From: Candidatus Kaiserbacteria bacterium RIFCSPHIGHO2_01_FULL_46_22
GTDB lineage: Bacteria; Patescibacteriota; Minisyncoccia; Phycocordibacterales; UBA918
Reading direction: 5' to 3'
Length of the DNA: 64,000 bases
Assembly: GCA_001779595.1 (NCBI GenBank)
Contig: MFKO01000002.1
Span: forward strand, 22,279 to 86,278
Shown here: positions 48,601 through 57,473 of the stretch, piece by piece
Layout of the letters: each line of letters starts with the position of its first letter
Position numbering within the stretch: position 1 is the stretch's first letter
Translations under genes and position numbers: made by a program
Notes under the pieces: model-generated
What the model was told of the DNA's origin: nothing
The model's input: the letters and a program-made list of their open reading frames with translations, nothing else
Database searches by the model: none

Positions 48601-50524
48601 CTTCGTAGCTTCGAGTACAGAAGCCAGCCTCTTCACTGATGCAAACAAGGACACGATTGATGTTTCTGGCTTTATTGAGATGGGAGAAAACACTTTGGAG
48701 ATCAAGGTTACCAACCTCGGTGTTCCAGGCAGCTCACCTACCAGCAATCCAGCTGGTTTGAAATACAACCTCACTGTTGTATCAGACGAAGAGGGTGAAG
48801 ATTGTATGTATGCTCCTGACGAACCTAGTCTTGAGATCACTAAGCCAGAAATAGATGACATGGTACTGGCTGGTATTTACACCTTTGAAGCTGAATACGT
48901 TGATGCAGATGAAAACCCTGATCCTGTACAGTGGGCGATCCGTGCTGGTACTTGTAACGCAGGTACAAACACTGTTGCAGGAAACGTTGATGGATTCTTT
49001 AGCTCATCAACACCACACACATGGAATGGAGCAAGCTTCTCTAGCACCATTGATATGAGTGACTGGGATGATGGCGAATACTGTTTCGTCGTTAATCCAA
49101 CTGAAGATGGCGGCACAAACTTCCGTGAGACTCGTCTATTTACTCTTGAAAACGCTGCACCTACACAATGTCTAGTAGTGAGCGACACAAGTACTGTAGT
49201 GGTAGAGAACAACAATTACGCTGTTGCTACTTGGGATGAGCATCATAACTGGACTCATGACATTCTTGGAGCTACTTGGATCTGGGATAACCTCTACGTT
49301 GTAGATCCTGAGGCTACAACCACGTTAACCTTCAAAGAATCATTTACTGCAACTGATATTGAAGAAGCGTCGTTTGAAATCGCAACCGACAATGCATACA
49401 AGGTATTCATTAACGGTGTATTGCGATATGAGCAGTCAAACTCCAACAACTTCCAAACTCCTGATGAGCATGAGGACGTCCTCGACTTCCTAACTGAAGG
49501 AGAAAACGAACTACTTGTAGAAGTGACCAACTTCGCAGTGGAAGACAGTATTCCTAAGACCAACCCAGCTGGAGCGTTGTTCAAACTAGATATGGAAGTT
49601 GGTGGTGTTTGTGAAATCACTACTGACCTAGAGGATGAATCAGAACCTCAGCCTGAAATCGGAGAGAATGAAGTCTTTGGCTTCGTCTGGGTGGACGATA
49701 ATGAAGATACCTCTAAGAATAACGACGAAGACTATCGCTCAGGTATCGGTATTTCGATTAATAATGGTTCAACCACAGTTTCTACCAGCACTGATGCAGG
49801 TGGTCGTTACTTCTTTAACATCGATGATGGTAGCTGGACTATCAGTGCCACAACTGGAGGAGAGTGGAGTCTAACTTACCCGTCTGATAACGGTGGTGAA
49901 CACGACGTCAGTGTAAGCACTAGCTCTGGTCCTTATGACTTCGGTATTGTCGAAAACGGTTCTACCGATGGAGGTGGTGACGGTGATGGGGATGGCAATG
50001 GCGATGGGGACGGTGATGGCGACGAAGGTGGCGGAACTGGTGGTGGCGACACAACTATCGATTCACCTAGTGGCGATGCCGGCGGTAACCCACAAATAGC
50101 TGGCGTTACGACAAGTGGCGGCCTCTTCTCACGTGGAGATTCTGGTCCGGACGAAAAGGTATTGGGTGAAAGTACTTCGACCGAAGATGGAACAGATGAC
50201 TCTATTGAAGAATCGACATCCACAGCAAAAGCTTTGACTGCAATGGTAGATTGGATTGATGAGTGCTGGTACTGGTGGCTCTTGGTCTTCGCTTGGATCG
50301 TATCAAGCGGCGTTGTTTACTACTGGAAAGGTTGGAGCAATGAACCAATTTCTCTAATGAGCGTTGAACTATTGTTCAGTATTCTTGGATTGCTTGGACT
50401 GATGTCCTACCTAGTGTTTGGCTTACATTGTGCATTGTGGCCTTCTCTAATCACTATGTTGGGCTCAGCGATACTGTACTATGTCAATAACCGTGAGATC
50501 CCTTCGTCCAAGACCGTGCTATGA
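45695..50524 (+). CDS. 1609-aa acidic multi-domain surface protein (lectin-like beta-sandwiches, SdrD-B-like domain, GD linker, C-terminal TM anchor)
   Basis: Signal peptide; duplicated WIW..IATDN...GEN.L...NPAG module; GFVWVDDNED...TDAGGRYFF; 3 C-terminal TMs. Confidence 0.85.
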   Translation: MNSHTAHFLNRVLSFVTIIALVLVMVPVWPQIAHADNLFSTSFEGTPPLDEWTSDDPHWGVNASDSRTGSKQAQAVGSNSGAGTLLKEVSTEGYENISLSFWYKQLGMDVGDSITVEWFDGSSWNPVTAINGLELEADDDAVWVEWSGLLGSEADDNTAFAVRFVSNMNSAGNDKFFLEDVNLEGEEEEVVGPVPDCSLTDSVSMTTFDTFATGTVNAQNSWSSTGSYDQEVVPNTYGFEEFGCKSLRISNAVTSGAFGNQTFAAPTAGTAGESSVAANNHFEAEFDIASTMPGLQSGLTLSVSPDDGNGSRMSYLSFTDTADGIDVVFYDVTNTGPLPSVTSWNDTEVATLDRDESHTIKFVMDFVDGPGNDVVKIYIDDVLAHTGTSWEDYYRYDAEQNGNGNALFGVDTLIFRAGGTAVPANDSNGFLFDNMSMSVSDISSGSSTSETIVVSSNTSAGENLPGWMFNRDPGTDTPFVFNTDQSSIGAGSLYVLPIGSSSPSDKFIAENFINAPIADVDSISYDFMIGSGGENTDEEQFYMNVYANFGVSDDNKFYDCRYNIVPTTGSTGGFTTVTFDPNQSYPVTTRTGGSASPFTCPSVPAQMDNLSPGSNIRVFSLNLGDTTVSDEGIDGYFDRVVTVIDDGDNTHTTTYDFDPESEAPTAAVTMCKYNPSEQTMDGWTLMLEGEHIEDVVVPAGAIGGIDTTASLEAGKSYFAVVNGVWLNDRTPDNHVDAEYSTEDSWLTQMDGFTGYGENILDLQVGEEFVEWGPYNSTHTYSASFTPSVDGSVNFRIFDGTGDTPNASWYGDNSGSLSVSIYEGFAGVTDDGCVTFDAVPYGSYEVDEVMQEGWVNTFGLVEVEVDEPTEEFNVVNDEIGEPEMCYVTVVSDESNYVEETEDDAELTWAHPAWTAVIDLAEWIWGTENVEDPTVTEVQTFVKTFEWSGGVASSSLVIATDNFYEVYLNGNFVASSTEASLFTDANKDTIDVSGFIEMGENTLEIKVTNLGVPGSSPTSNPAGLKYNLTVVSDEEGEDCMYAPDEPSLEITKPEIDDMVLAGIYTFEAEYVDADENPDPVQWAIRAGTCNAGTNTVAGNVDGFFSSSTPHTWNGASFSSTIDMSDWDDGEYCFVVNPTEDGGTNFRETRLFTLENAAPTQCLVVSDTSTVVVENNNYAVATWDEHHNWTHDILGATWIWDNLYVVDPEATTTLTFKESFTATDIEEASFEIATDNAYKVFINGVLRYEQSNSNNFQTPDEHEDVLDFLTEGENELLVEVTNFAVEDSIPKTNPAGALFKLDMEVGGVCEITTDLEDESEPQPEIGENEVFGFVWVDDNEDTSKNNDEDYRSGIGISINNGSTTVSTSTDAGGRYFFNIDDGSWTISATTGGEWSLTYPSDNGGEHDVSVSTSSGPYDFGIVENGSTDGGGDGDGDGNGDGDGDGDEGGGTGGGDTTIDSPSGDAGGNPQIAGVTTSGGLFSRGDSGPDEKVLGESTSTEDGTDDSIEESTSTAKALTAMVDWIDECWYWWLLVFAWIVSSGVVYYWKGWSNEPISLMSVELLFSILGLLGLMSYLVFGLHCALWPSLITMLGSAILYYVNNREIPSSKTVL
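49967..50050 (+). repeat. Coding Gly-Asp low-complexity repeat
   Basis: DGGGDGDGDGNGDGDGDGDEGGGTGGGD. Confidence 0.9.
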
Positions 50525-50547
50525 TTTAGGAGACATTAGTCTCCACT

Positions 50548-51537
50548 ATGAAGGATTATTCTAGGCGTCTATTCGTTCCGAACGAAGCCAATAATTTCCA
50601 ACCCCACAGTCTGCAGAAAGCAGCTATGGTAGGGATGTTGGTGTTGACCCTGATTACCTTCTCAGTAGTGAATTTACAGTCGATACTTTGGCTGGCATCT
50701 GAATATTTGGTGGCCGCTGTACTGCCAGCTGTCGTACTCGAAGAGACAAATGCGTCGCGTGAACGCGAGCAACTACCGACGCTTCGAAGAAATTCAGAGC
50801 TCGATGAAGCGGCGCGTTTAAAGGCAGAGAATATGGCCGAGGTAGGATACTTCTCACACTGGAGTCCGGATGGTATTTCTCCGTGGCATTGGTTTGAAGA
50901 GGTAGGATATAGCTACGCTCATGCAGGAGAAAATTTAGCCGTGCACTTCACTGATTCTACCGCGGTCGTGGATGCCTGGCTCAATTCTCCTTCGCACCGC
51001 GCCAATATATTGAACGAGCAGTACACAGAAATGGGAATCGGTACGGCAGTAGGGCAGTTTGAAGGTTATGACACAGTGTTCGTGGTCCAATTGTTCGGTG
51101 CGCCCGCGGCGGCCATACCGGTCGTGGAGCCCGCTGATACCCTAGGCGCTACGGCGGATACTCCCCTTACGGAGGACGTGGCCGCCGCAGGCGCACCGAC
51201 AATCGCTGGAGAAAGTGATGATGTAAGAAATGTCGAATTAACAGAATCTGGGACAGTGGTTTTGGAAAGTTTTGCTACCACTTCCGACAAGACAGCTCTG
51301 GCTGCCACAGCAGCCCCGTCTGGATTTTGGAAGTTAGCCACATCTCCGCGTATGGTTCTGCAGATTGTGTATTCGATGATCGGACTGTTTGTAATGGGTG
51401 CGCTACTAATGGCTCTGGTACTCGAATGGCGACGGCATCATCCAATACAGATCGCTTACAGCGCAGCGCTACTTGCTGTAATGATCGTACTTTTTGAGAT
51501 ACACCTAGTTTTCTCTGGTGCCGTTACGATAGCTTAA
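50548..51537 (+). CDS. CAP (SCP) domain membrane protein
   Basis: YFSHWSPDG..PW, AGENLA, AWLNSPSHRANIL, MGIG. Confidence 0.9.
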   Translation: MKDYSRRLFVPNEANNFQPHSLQKAAMVGMLVLTLITFSVVNLQSILWLASEYLVAAVLPAVVLEETNASREREQLPTLRRNSELDEAARLKAENMAEVGYFSHWSPDGISPWHWFEEVGYSYAHAGENLAVHFTDSTAVVDAWLNSPSHRANILNEQYTEMGIGTAVGQFEGYDTVFVVQLFGAPAAAIPVVEPADTLGATADTPLTEDVAAAGAPTIAGESDDVRNVELTESGTVVLESFATTSDKTALAATAAPSGFWKLATSPRMVLQIVYSMIGLFVMGALLMALVLEWRRHHPIQIAYSAALLAVMIVLFEIHLVFSGAVTIA

Positions 51538-51576
51538 TGACTTAGGTAGCAAGACGCGGAGGAGCTCTAATCTTAT

Positions 51577-51879
51577 ATGGGAAAGGTTTTTAACGTGATG
51601 AAAGACGAAACGAATGATCGACCTCTCGACATTCATGACTACTTAGTAAAACATCCAGCCTCCACATTTTTTATGAAGATGGAAGGAGACGGTCCTGAAG
51701 GAAGTGGTATTGAGGAAGGAGATGTATTGGTAGTTGATCGCTCTGTAACCGCAAAGCGCGGCAGTATTGTTGTGATGACTGAAGATGGTGAATTAAAGGT
51801 CACTAAATTTCCTTCATCAGATGACTCTGCAGAGTCATCTTTGTGGGGTGTAGTAATAGGATTACTGCGTAATTTTTAA
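51577..51879 (+). CDS. umuD: UmuD-like (S24) Pol V accessory subunit, truncated and non-catalytic
   Basis: LDIHDYLVKHPASTFF..GD...GI.EGDVLVVDRS...LWGVV; directly upstream of umuC. Confidence 0.75.
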   Translation: MGKVFNVMKDETNDRPLDIHDYLVKHPASTFFMKMEGDGPEGSGIEEGDVLVVDRSVTAKRGSIVVMTEDGELKVTKFPSSDDSAESSLWGVVIGLLRNF

Positions 51880-51895
51880 AGCGTATAATTCCTAG

Positions 51896-53155
51896 GTGAA
51901 TCTTTTTGGATTGGTGGATTGTAATAATTTTTTCGTCTCGTGTGAGCGGTTGTTTAGACCTGACCTAATTGGTCGGCCGGTAGTCGTACTCGGTAGTAAT
52001 GATGGCGTAGTGGTGTCGCGAAGCGAAGAAGCCAAAAAGTTTGGCGTGCCGATGGGCGTTCCGTTTTTTAAAGTGAGAGATATTGTGAAAGATAATAAGA
52101 TCACTCTTTTCTCATCCAACTTTGAACTATATCGAGATGTGTCCGACCGGATTATGTTTGTGCTCCAAGAAGAGCTTGGTGAAATTTACCAATACTCTGT
52201 CGACGAAGCGTTTTTTCAGTTTACAGAGAAAAGCAGCGCCGTGGCGAAAATACAACTCACCGATTTAAAACAGACTATTGAAAAGAAAATTGGAGTACCT
52301 GTCTCGCTTGGTGCTGGCAAAACCATGACAATCGCCAAGTACGCTAGTGAAATGGAAAAAAGAAAAAGTGGCGTATGTGTTCTTTCAGGCACGGCGTGGC
52401 AAAAGTTAACGCCGCAGATACCACTTAGTGAAATTTGGGGCATTGGTGGGAAAACCTCCGTTAATATGCGTAATCATAAACTCAACTTCGTAGCGGATTT
52501 GTTATCCGCACCTGAAAGTTTCATTAAGGAAGAGTATGGCGTGCACGGGCTCCGACTTCGTTCAGAATTGTCCGAAAATCCTGCCCATCAACCTACTGAA
52601 CGTGAAGGACTGCAGAAAAGTATTATGCATACTCGGTCGTTTTCTAAAACGACAGAATCCTTAGCCGCCTTAGAAACTGCTGTGACATTCCATATTGAGC
52701 GGGCGGCCGAAGAACTGAGAGCTATTGGAGGAAAGGCTGGGTCACTTTCGGTGCAAATTCAAACGAGCCGTCATGGTGATTGGCTTCTTCAGAGCGGTAG
52801 ACAAGAAATAATTCTGCCAGCACCGATGTCTGACACCAGAACTTTGTTGCGCTATGCGTTGTCTTTGACAAAAGCTCTGTATCGCAGTGGGGTGCCGTAC
52901 AAAAAAGCTGGTGTCGTGTTGGGCCGCATCATATCCGAAAATTTTGTACCGGTATCACTGTGGGATCAGTATGAAAAAACTGATGAAGATGCGCTGCTGA
53001 TGAATGTTATAGATAATCTAAATGCAGAATGGGGGAATGACGCAGTAACTTTCGGTCGTCTGAAAAAAGGGGGTCAACTGGATCACGATCAACATCGTTC
53101 ACCCAGGTACACTACTAGCTGGAATGAAGTGCGAAAAGTTGAAAGAAAAATATGA
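51896..53155 (+). CDS. umuC: Y-family DNA polymerase V catalytic subunit
   Basis: LVDCNNFFVSCERLFRPDL, SSNFELY, YSVDEAF, YKKAGV, RSPRYTTSW. Confidence 0.92.
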   Translation: MNLFGLVDCNNFFVSCERLFRPDLIGRPVVVLGSNDGVVVSRSEEAKKFGVPMGVPFFKVRDIVKDNKITLFSSNFELYRDVSDRIMFVLQEELGEIYQYSVDEAFFQFTEKSSAVAKIQLTDLKQTIEKKIGVPVSLGAGKTMTIAKYASEMEKRKSGVCVLSGTAWQKLTPQIPLSEIWGIGGKTSVNMRNHKLNFVADLLSAPESFIKEEYGVHGLRLRSELSENPAHQPTEREGLQKSIMHTRSFSKTTESLAALETAVTFHIERAAEELRAIGGKAGSLSVQIQTSRHGDWLLQSGRQEIILPAPMSDTRTLLRYALSLTKALYRSGVPYKKAGVVLGRIISENFVPVSLWDQYEKTDEDALLMNVIDNLNAEWGNDAVTFGRLKKGGQLDHDQHRSPRYTTSWNEVRKVERKI

Positions 53156-53255
53156 AAGGCTAACGGCCGGCCTGCAGGCCGGCCGTTAACTAATTTTTAT
53201 TCACTAAATAATTATCCACTGCAAAAAATAATTTTATAAGCATTACATTTGTATA

Positions 53256-54284
53256 ATGAATGCAATAGTTATGCGCGCTCTTCTTTCGTTTGGTTTTGCA
53301 AGTCTACTACTCTCTCCTTTTTTTGCGCTTGCACAGATTGCCGAAATAACACCGGAAGAACTTTATGCTGGAGGCCCTGAAGCGCCGACCATTTTATCTT
53401 CTACCCACCCAGATCCTGATCGTTGGTATAAAAGCGGGCCGGTAGAATTCAGCTGGGATTTGCCATCAGATATAACTGCTATTGCGGCGGACATCTTTAT
53501 ATCCTCGGGCCGTGAGCCGATGCAGCCGTATCGGCCTGCAGTCGACACTCTTTCATTCACGGCTGAGGATCTGTCTGAAGGAATCAACTACTTAGTTGTT
53601 CAATTTCGTAACTTTGACAAGTGGGGAATGATCGCAGAACGGACAATTAAGATTGACGACACTGCTCCGAGCGTACCGGTTATAGATGTCAGTCAATTTG
53701 ATAAAGAAGGGGGTATGTTGGTTAAACTAACAGCTAGTGACCAATTGTCCGGCTTATCTCATTTTGAATTAGCTTTTGGAGATCGCCAGTCAAAACGATT
53801 GGATGTAGCAGAGGCGTCGCGCGGACATCTACTCACGCTGACTCCAGGACAATCTTCTCGACTGCAGGTCACTGCTTACGACCAGGCTGGTAACAGTAGT
53901 GAAGCCTCGCTCATTGTCTGGCCAACGTCCTATAACGCATCCTCTATCGCCGCTACAATGGCAGATGAGCCGGCTTCCTTCTTGGTCACGTTGCTGACCT
54001 TTCTCTTAACTTTGATGTTTGGATACTTAATTTACGAACGCCTGCGATACGCTCGGGCACTCGCTGCATTGCGTAAAGAAACAGCCGATGTTCATAATCA
54101 AATGATTCGTATCTTTACCGCTCTTCGTGAAGAGATATATGATCAAATACGTGGTATCTCAAAGAAATCCCGTCTGTCCAAAGGCGAGAAACAGGCTGTT
54201 GATGGGTTAAATCAGGCTTTAGCCGTGTCAGAATCTCTTCTTGAAAAAGAGGTTAAGGATGTAAAGAAGCTTCTGGCTCCGTAA
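53256..54284 (+). CDS. Secreted/TM Ig-like hypothetical protein
   Basis: SSTHPDPDRWY, IDDTAP, DQLSGL, AYDQAGN; C-terminal TM and coiled coil. Confidence 0.7.
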   Translation: MNAIVMRALLSFGFASLLLSPFFALAQIAEITPEELYAGGPEAPTILSSTHPDPDRWYKSGPVEFSWDLPSDITAIAADIFISSGREPMQPYRPAVDTLSFTAEDLSEGINYLVVQFRNFDKWGMIAERTIKIDDTAPSVPVIDVSQFDKEGGMLVKLTASDQLSGLSHFELAFGDRQSKRLDVAEASRGHLLTLTPGQSSRLQVTAYDQAGNSSEASLIVWPTSYNASSIAATMADEPASFLVTLLTFLLTLMFGYLIYERLRYARALAALRKETADVHNQMIRIFTALREEIYDQIRGISKKSRLSKGEKQAVDGLNQALAVSESLLEKEVKDVKKLLAP

Positions 54285-54323
54285 TTGCGCTTTTGGCCGA
54301 ATAGGCTACTATTTCAAATAAAT

Positions 54324-55373
54324 ATGCTACTGAATCGGATGGTTGAATACGTTTTCTTTTTCGGCCTGATGGCCGTGATTGGTTATTTGATATGGCTGAT
54401 GTTTTCTCCTTTTATCACGGCGCTGGCCTTGTCAGCGGTGATTGTGACCATTTGTTACCCGATATACGAATATATTCAAAAGAGAATACCTCGTCAGAAC
54501 GAAACAGCTGCTGCATTTCTCACCACCATTCTAGTCTTAACGATCGTGGTCCTTCCTTTGGTTTGGCTTACTTCAATTTTGGTTAGCGAAGCGGTATCTA
54601 TTTATAAGATATTGGGCAACGGACAATACTCGTTGGTAGGTACCTTGAATGACCTAGAAGAGTTAGCAAGAACGCTGGTTCCTGGACTTGAGCTGGATTT
54701 GGCAAGTTATTTACGTCAGGGTGCCCGCTGGTTTGCTGGTAATCTCGGGGCAATCTTTGCTGGTACTGCAGCTACTTTGTTTTCGTTTTTTATTGCCTTG
54801 ATCGGCTCTTTCTACTTTTTTCGAGATGGTAAGCGCTTCACCAAGTCATTAGTTAAGATTAGTCCACTTTCTGATCTAGATGACACTTTGATTTTGCACA
54901 GAATGGCTATGGCGGTGCGTGGAGTAGCAACAGGAACTGTTTTGATCGCCATTATTCAAGGCACTTCAGCGGCCATCGGCTTCACTTTGTTTGGTTTTGA
55001 GCGAGCTGTCTTATTTGGCACAGTTGTAGCGCTAACTGCCTTGGTGCCTGGGATTGGTGCATCGGCTGTCTTTTTGCCAGCTGCTGGATATTTGGCATTT
55101 ACAGGCGAATACGTCGCTGCGGGTGGATTGTTGGTATGGTGGCTTTTGGCAGTTTCTATTGTAGACAATATCCTAGGTCCATACTTAATGAGCCGTTCAC
55201 ATCCAATGCATCCTTTTTTGGTTCTACTTTCAGTGCTTGGTGGTTTGGTGTTGTTTGGACCAATCGGTTTCATTGTTGGTCCCGTGGTGACAAGTGTCTT
55301 CTTGGTGTTGTTGGAGATTTATGCCTTACATATCGCTCCAGACAAAGTGGATGACGATGAGTTAGTTGCTTGA
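54324..55373 (+). CDS. AI-2E family transporter
   Basis: FYFFRDG, IAIIQG, VDNILGP, SVLGGLVLFGPIGFIVGP. Confidence 0.9.
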   Translation: MLLNRMVEYVFFFGLMAVIGYLIWLMFSPFITALALSAVIVTICYPIYEYIQKRIPRQNETAAAFLTTILVLTIVVLPLVWLTSILVSEAVSIYKILGNGQYSLVGTLNDLEELARTLVPGLELDLASYLRQGARWFAGNLGAIFAGTAATLFSFFIALIGSFYFFRDGKRFTKSLVKISPLSDLDDTLILHRMAMAVRGVATGTVLIAIIQGTSAAIGFTLFGFERAVLFGTVVALTALVPGIGASAVFLPAAGYLAFTGEYVAAGGLLVWWLLAVSIVDNILGPYLMSRSHPMHPFLVLLSVLGGLVLFGPIGFIVGPVVTSVFLVLLEIYALHIAPDKVDDDELVA

Positions 55374-55380
55374 TTCTATT

Positions 55381-55815
55381 ATGATCGATCGCAGTTACCT
55401 TGAAAGAATATTGAAGATGAATGGCTCGTCTCCGACTGCGCCAGATGAGGAAATACGTTCTGTTTTAATTTCTGCCCGCTGGAAGAAGGATGATGTTGAA
55501 AGCGCGATCACTGTTTTGCGTGAAAACGTAAACACTCACCAGAGTCGAATTGAGCGTGTTGACAATGTGTTTCTTACCGACAAAAGACTTAGCCCTGAGG
55601 CTATTCACGCTCTCTTAGGTATAGACGTTAAAGTAAATGCTGAAGACCTCTCTACGCTTCGGGCTCGTCAAAGCTTTATGTATTGGGCACAGGTTAGTTC
55701 TATTTTTGTGATAGCTTTTGTTATAGCGGCGGCATCCTTGCTGGGCGTTATGTATGCACAAGGTGTTGGAATCTTTCATCCTTCATCCTCTAGCCATTTT
55801 CCTGCTAATAAGTAA
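55381..55815 (+). CDS. Hypothetical protein with C-terminal TM
   Basis: ORF in operon context. Confidence 0.65.
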   Translation: MIDRSYLERILKMNGSSPTAPDEEIRSVLISARWKKDDVESAITVLRENVNTHQSRIERVDNVFLTDKRLSPEAIHALLGIDVKVNAEDLSTLRARQSFMYWAQVSSIFVIAFVIAAASLLGVMYAQGVGIFHPSSSSHFPANK

Positions 55816-55827
55816 GATAGCTGTCAA

Positions 55828-56904
55828 ATGAATATTTCATTGTTCAAGACCATTTTGCTGGGAGTCTCTATAGTTTTACTTTTTTCGGCCACTGCTGTAG
55901 TTGGCTATTCTTTTTACCAACTTCATTTTAAAACTCTGGTTGGTGAATCACTTTCTATTAAACAAGGATTTTTGGAAGTTGTTTATAATTCTGCCGAAGA
56001 AGATGACGAAAAAATTATCCTTACAGGCGACATAATGCTGGCGCGAGATGTAGAGAGGCGACAGTCTCTGCTGTCGCCAGGGCACTCGCTGAGCGAACTA
56101 GAAGACTTGTTTAAGTCCAGCATTGTTGTCGGCAACTTTGAGGCCAGCATTCCAGTTCTTCATGAGCCTACACCTAGTATGGTTATGAAATTTTCTGTGA
56201 CGCCACAGAATCTCGATATTCTCGTTCAGGGAGGACTCACACACCTATCGCTCGCTAACAATCATTCGCTTGATCATGGTTTGCTTGGTTACGAAAATAC
56301 TTTAACTGAACTGCATGAACGTGGTTTTGTTGCAGGAGGTTACCCGGTCGGTTTGTCTAGCTCCTCAGTTTCCTATGTGGAAGCAAATGATAAAAAATTC
56401 GCGTTGGTTTTTATAAACGCCACTTTCAGTTACCCTGATACGGCAATTTGGCATCCGTTTATAAAACAGGCTGAATCAAGTAGCGATGCTGTAATTGTTT
56501 ATATTCATTGGGGAGACGAATATGAACTAATACACAACAATGCGCAGGAAAGGCTGGCCCATGAGCTTATTGATGCCGGAGTTGATTTAATTGTTGGGCA
56601 TCATCCCCATGTGGTGCAGGATATTGAGCTGTATAAGGGTAGATTAGTTTTTTATTCTCTTGGCAATTTGGTTTTTGATCAGTATTGGAACAATGATGTC
56701 TCTGAAGGTCTAATATTAGAGCTGGAGAAGGTTGATGCTATGTGGCGGGCTGAACTCCATCCTGTGGAAAGTCGTACGGTTAAGACACAGCCACAGGAAA
56801 TGACGGCGGAAGAAAGCCAAGCTTTCTTCCGCCGCCTCGCAGAGCGCAGTGACGAGGCACTTTATGAGCAAATCCTCGACGGTTCTCTCTCGTTGCAATT
56901 TTAG
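55828..56904 (+). CDS. CapA-family metallophosphatase (PGA_cap)
   Basis: GDIML.R, GNFE, LANNHSLD, HWG.EY, GHHPHV, YSLGN. Confidence 0.92.
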   Translation: MNISLFKTILLGVSIVLLFSATAVVGYSFYQLHFKTLVGESLSIKQGFLEVVYNSAEEDDEKIILTGDIMLARDVERRQSLLSPGHSLSELEDLFKSSIVVGNFEASIPVLHEPTPSMVMKFSVTPQNLDILVQGGLTHLSLANNHSLDHGLLGYENTLTELHERGFVAGGYPVGLSSSSVSYVEANDKKFALVFINATFSYPDTAIWHPFIKQAESSSDAVIVYIHWGDEYELIHNNAQERLAHELIDAGVDLIVGHHPHVVQDIELYKGRLVFYSLGNLVFDQYWNNDVSEGLILELEKVDAMWRAELHPVESRTVKTQPQEMTAEESQAFFRRLAERSDEALYEQILDGSLSLQF

Positions 56905-56930
56905 ACAGTCTATTCTATTCTGATGCCATT

Positions 56931-57473
56931 ATGTTAAAGCTGAACAAATATGAAGCGGCGGGTATAGGTTTGTCGATCGGTGCGATGGCCCTAGCTCTGT
57001 TCGTTATGCGATTTGACGGTACTTTAGAAAATCAAGTTGCTCTAATAGATCGTTTGTTTGCTGAAAATCAGACAGCTGGAGTTGTCTTTTCCGAAGGGGG
57101 AGTTGAGGGCGCACCAGCTGCACTAGCGAGCGCTATGTCTGGCAATCGAGTTGCGAAGCTTGTTGTTACTGACGTTAAGATTGGTAGCGGCGATGCTGTG
57201 GCAAAAGGAGACACTGTTGAGGTGAACTTCATCGGTACTTTGCAGAACGGTCAGGAGTTCGACAACACTTACAAAAAGGGTGAGACTTTTACATTCACCG
57301 TAGGTGATGAAAAAGTAATCAAGGGTTGGGAAGAAGGTGTGGTTGGTATGCAGTTGGGTGGTCAGCGTATCTTGGTCATTCCATCGGAAATGGCCTACGG
57401 CAGTGAAGGTTATGGCCAGATCCCAGGCAACGCCACTGTTGTCTACGCAATTGAACTGGTTTCTATTAAGTAA
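56931..57473 (+). CDS. FKBP-type peptidyl-prolyl isomerase
   Basis: VIKGWEEG..GM..GG.R.LVIP..MAYG, IPGNATVV. Confidence 0.93.
   Translation: MLKLNKYEAAGIGLSIGAMALALFVMRFDGTLENQVALIDRLFAENQTAGVVFSEGGVEGAPAALASAMSGNRVAKLVVTDVKIGSGDAVAKGDTVEVNFIGTLQNGQEFDNTYKKGETFTFTVGDEKVIKGWEEGVVGMQLGGQRILVIPSEMAYGSEGYGQIPGNATVVYAIELVSIK

Noticed and set aside
49967-50050. Short tandem DNA repeat as a contingency locus
   Set aside because: Synonymous codons vary, so it is a protein-level Gly-Asp linker.
28599-53188. GC-rich hairpins (gccgccgc, gccggcc) as a REP family
   Set aside because: All lie at gene ends with A/T tracts; adequately explained as intrinsic terminators.
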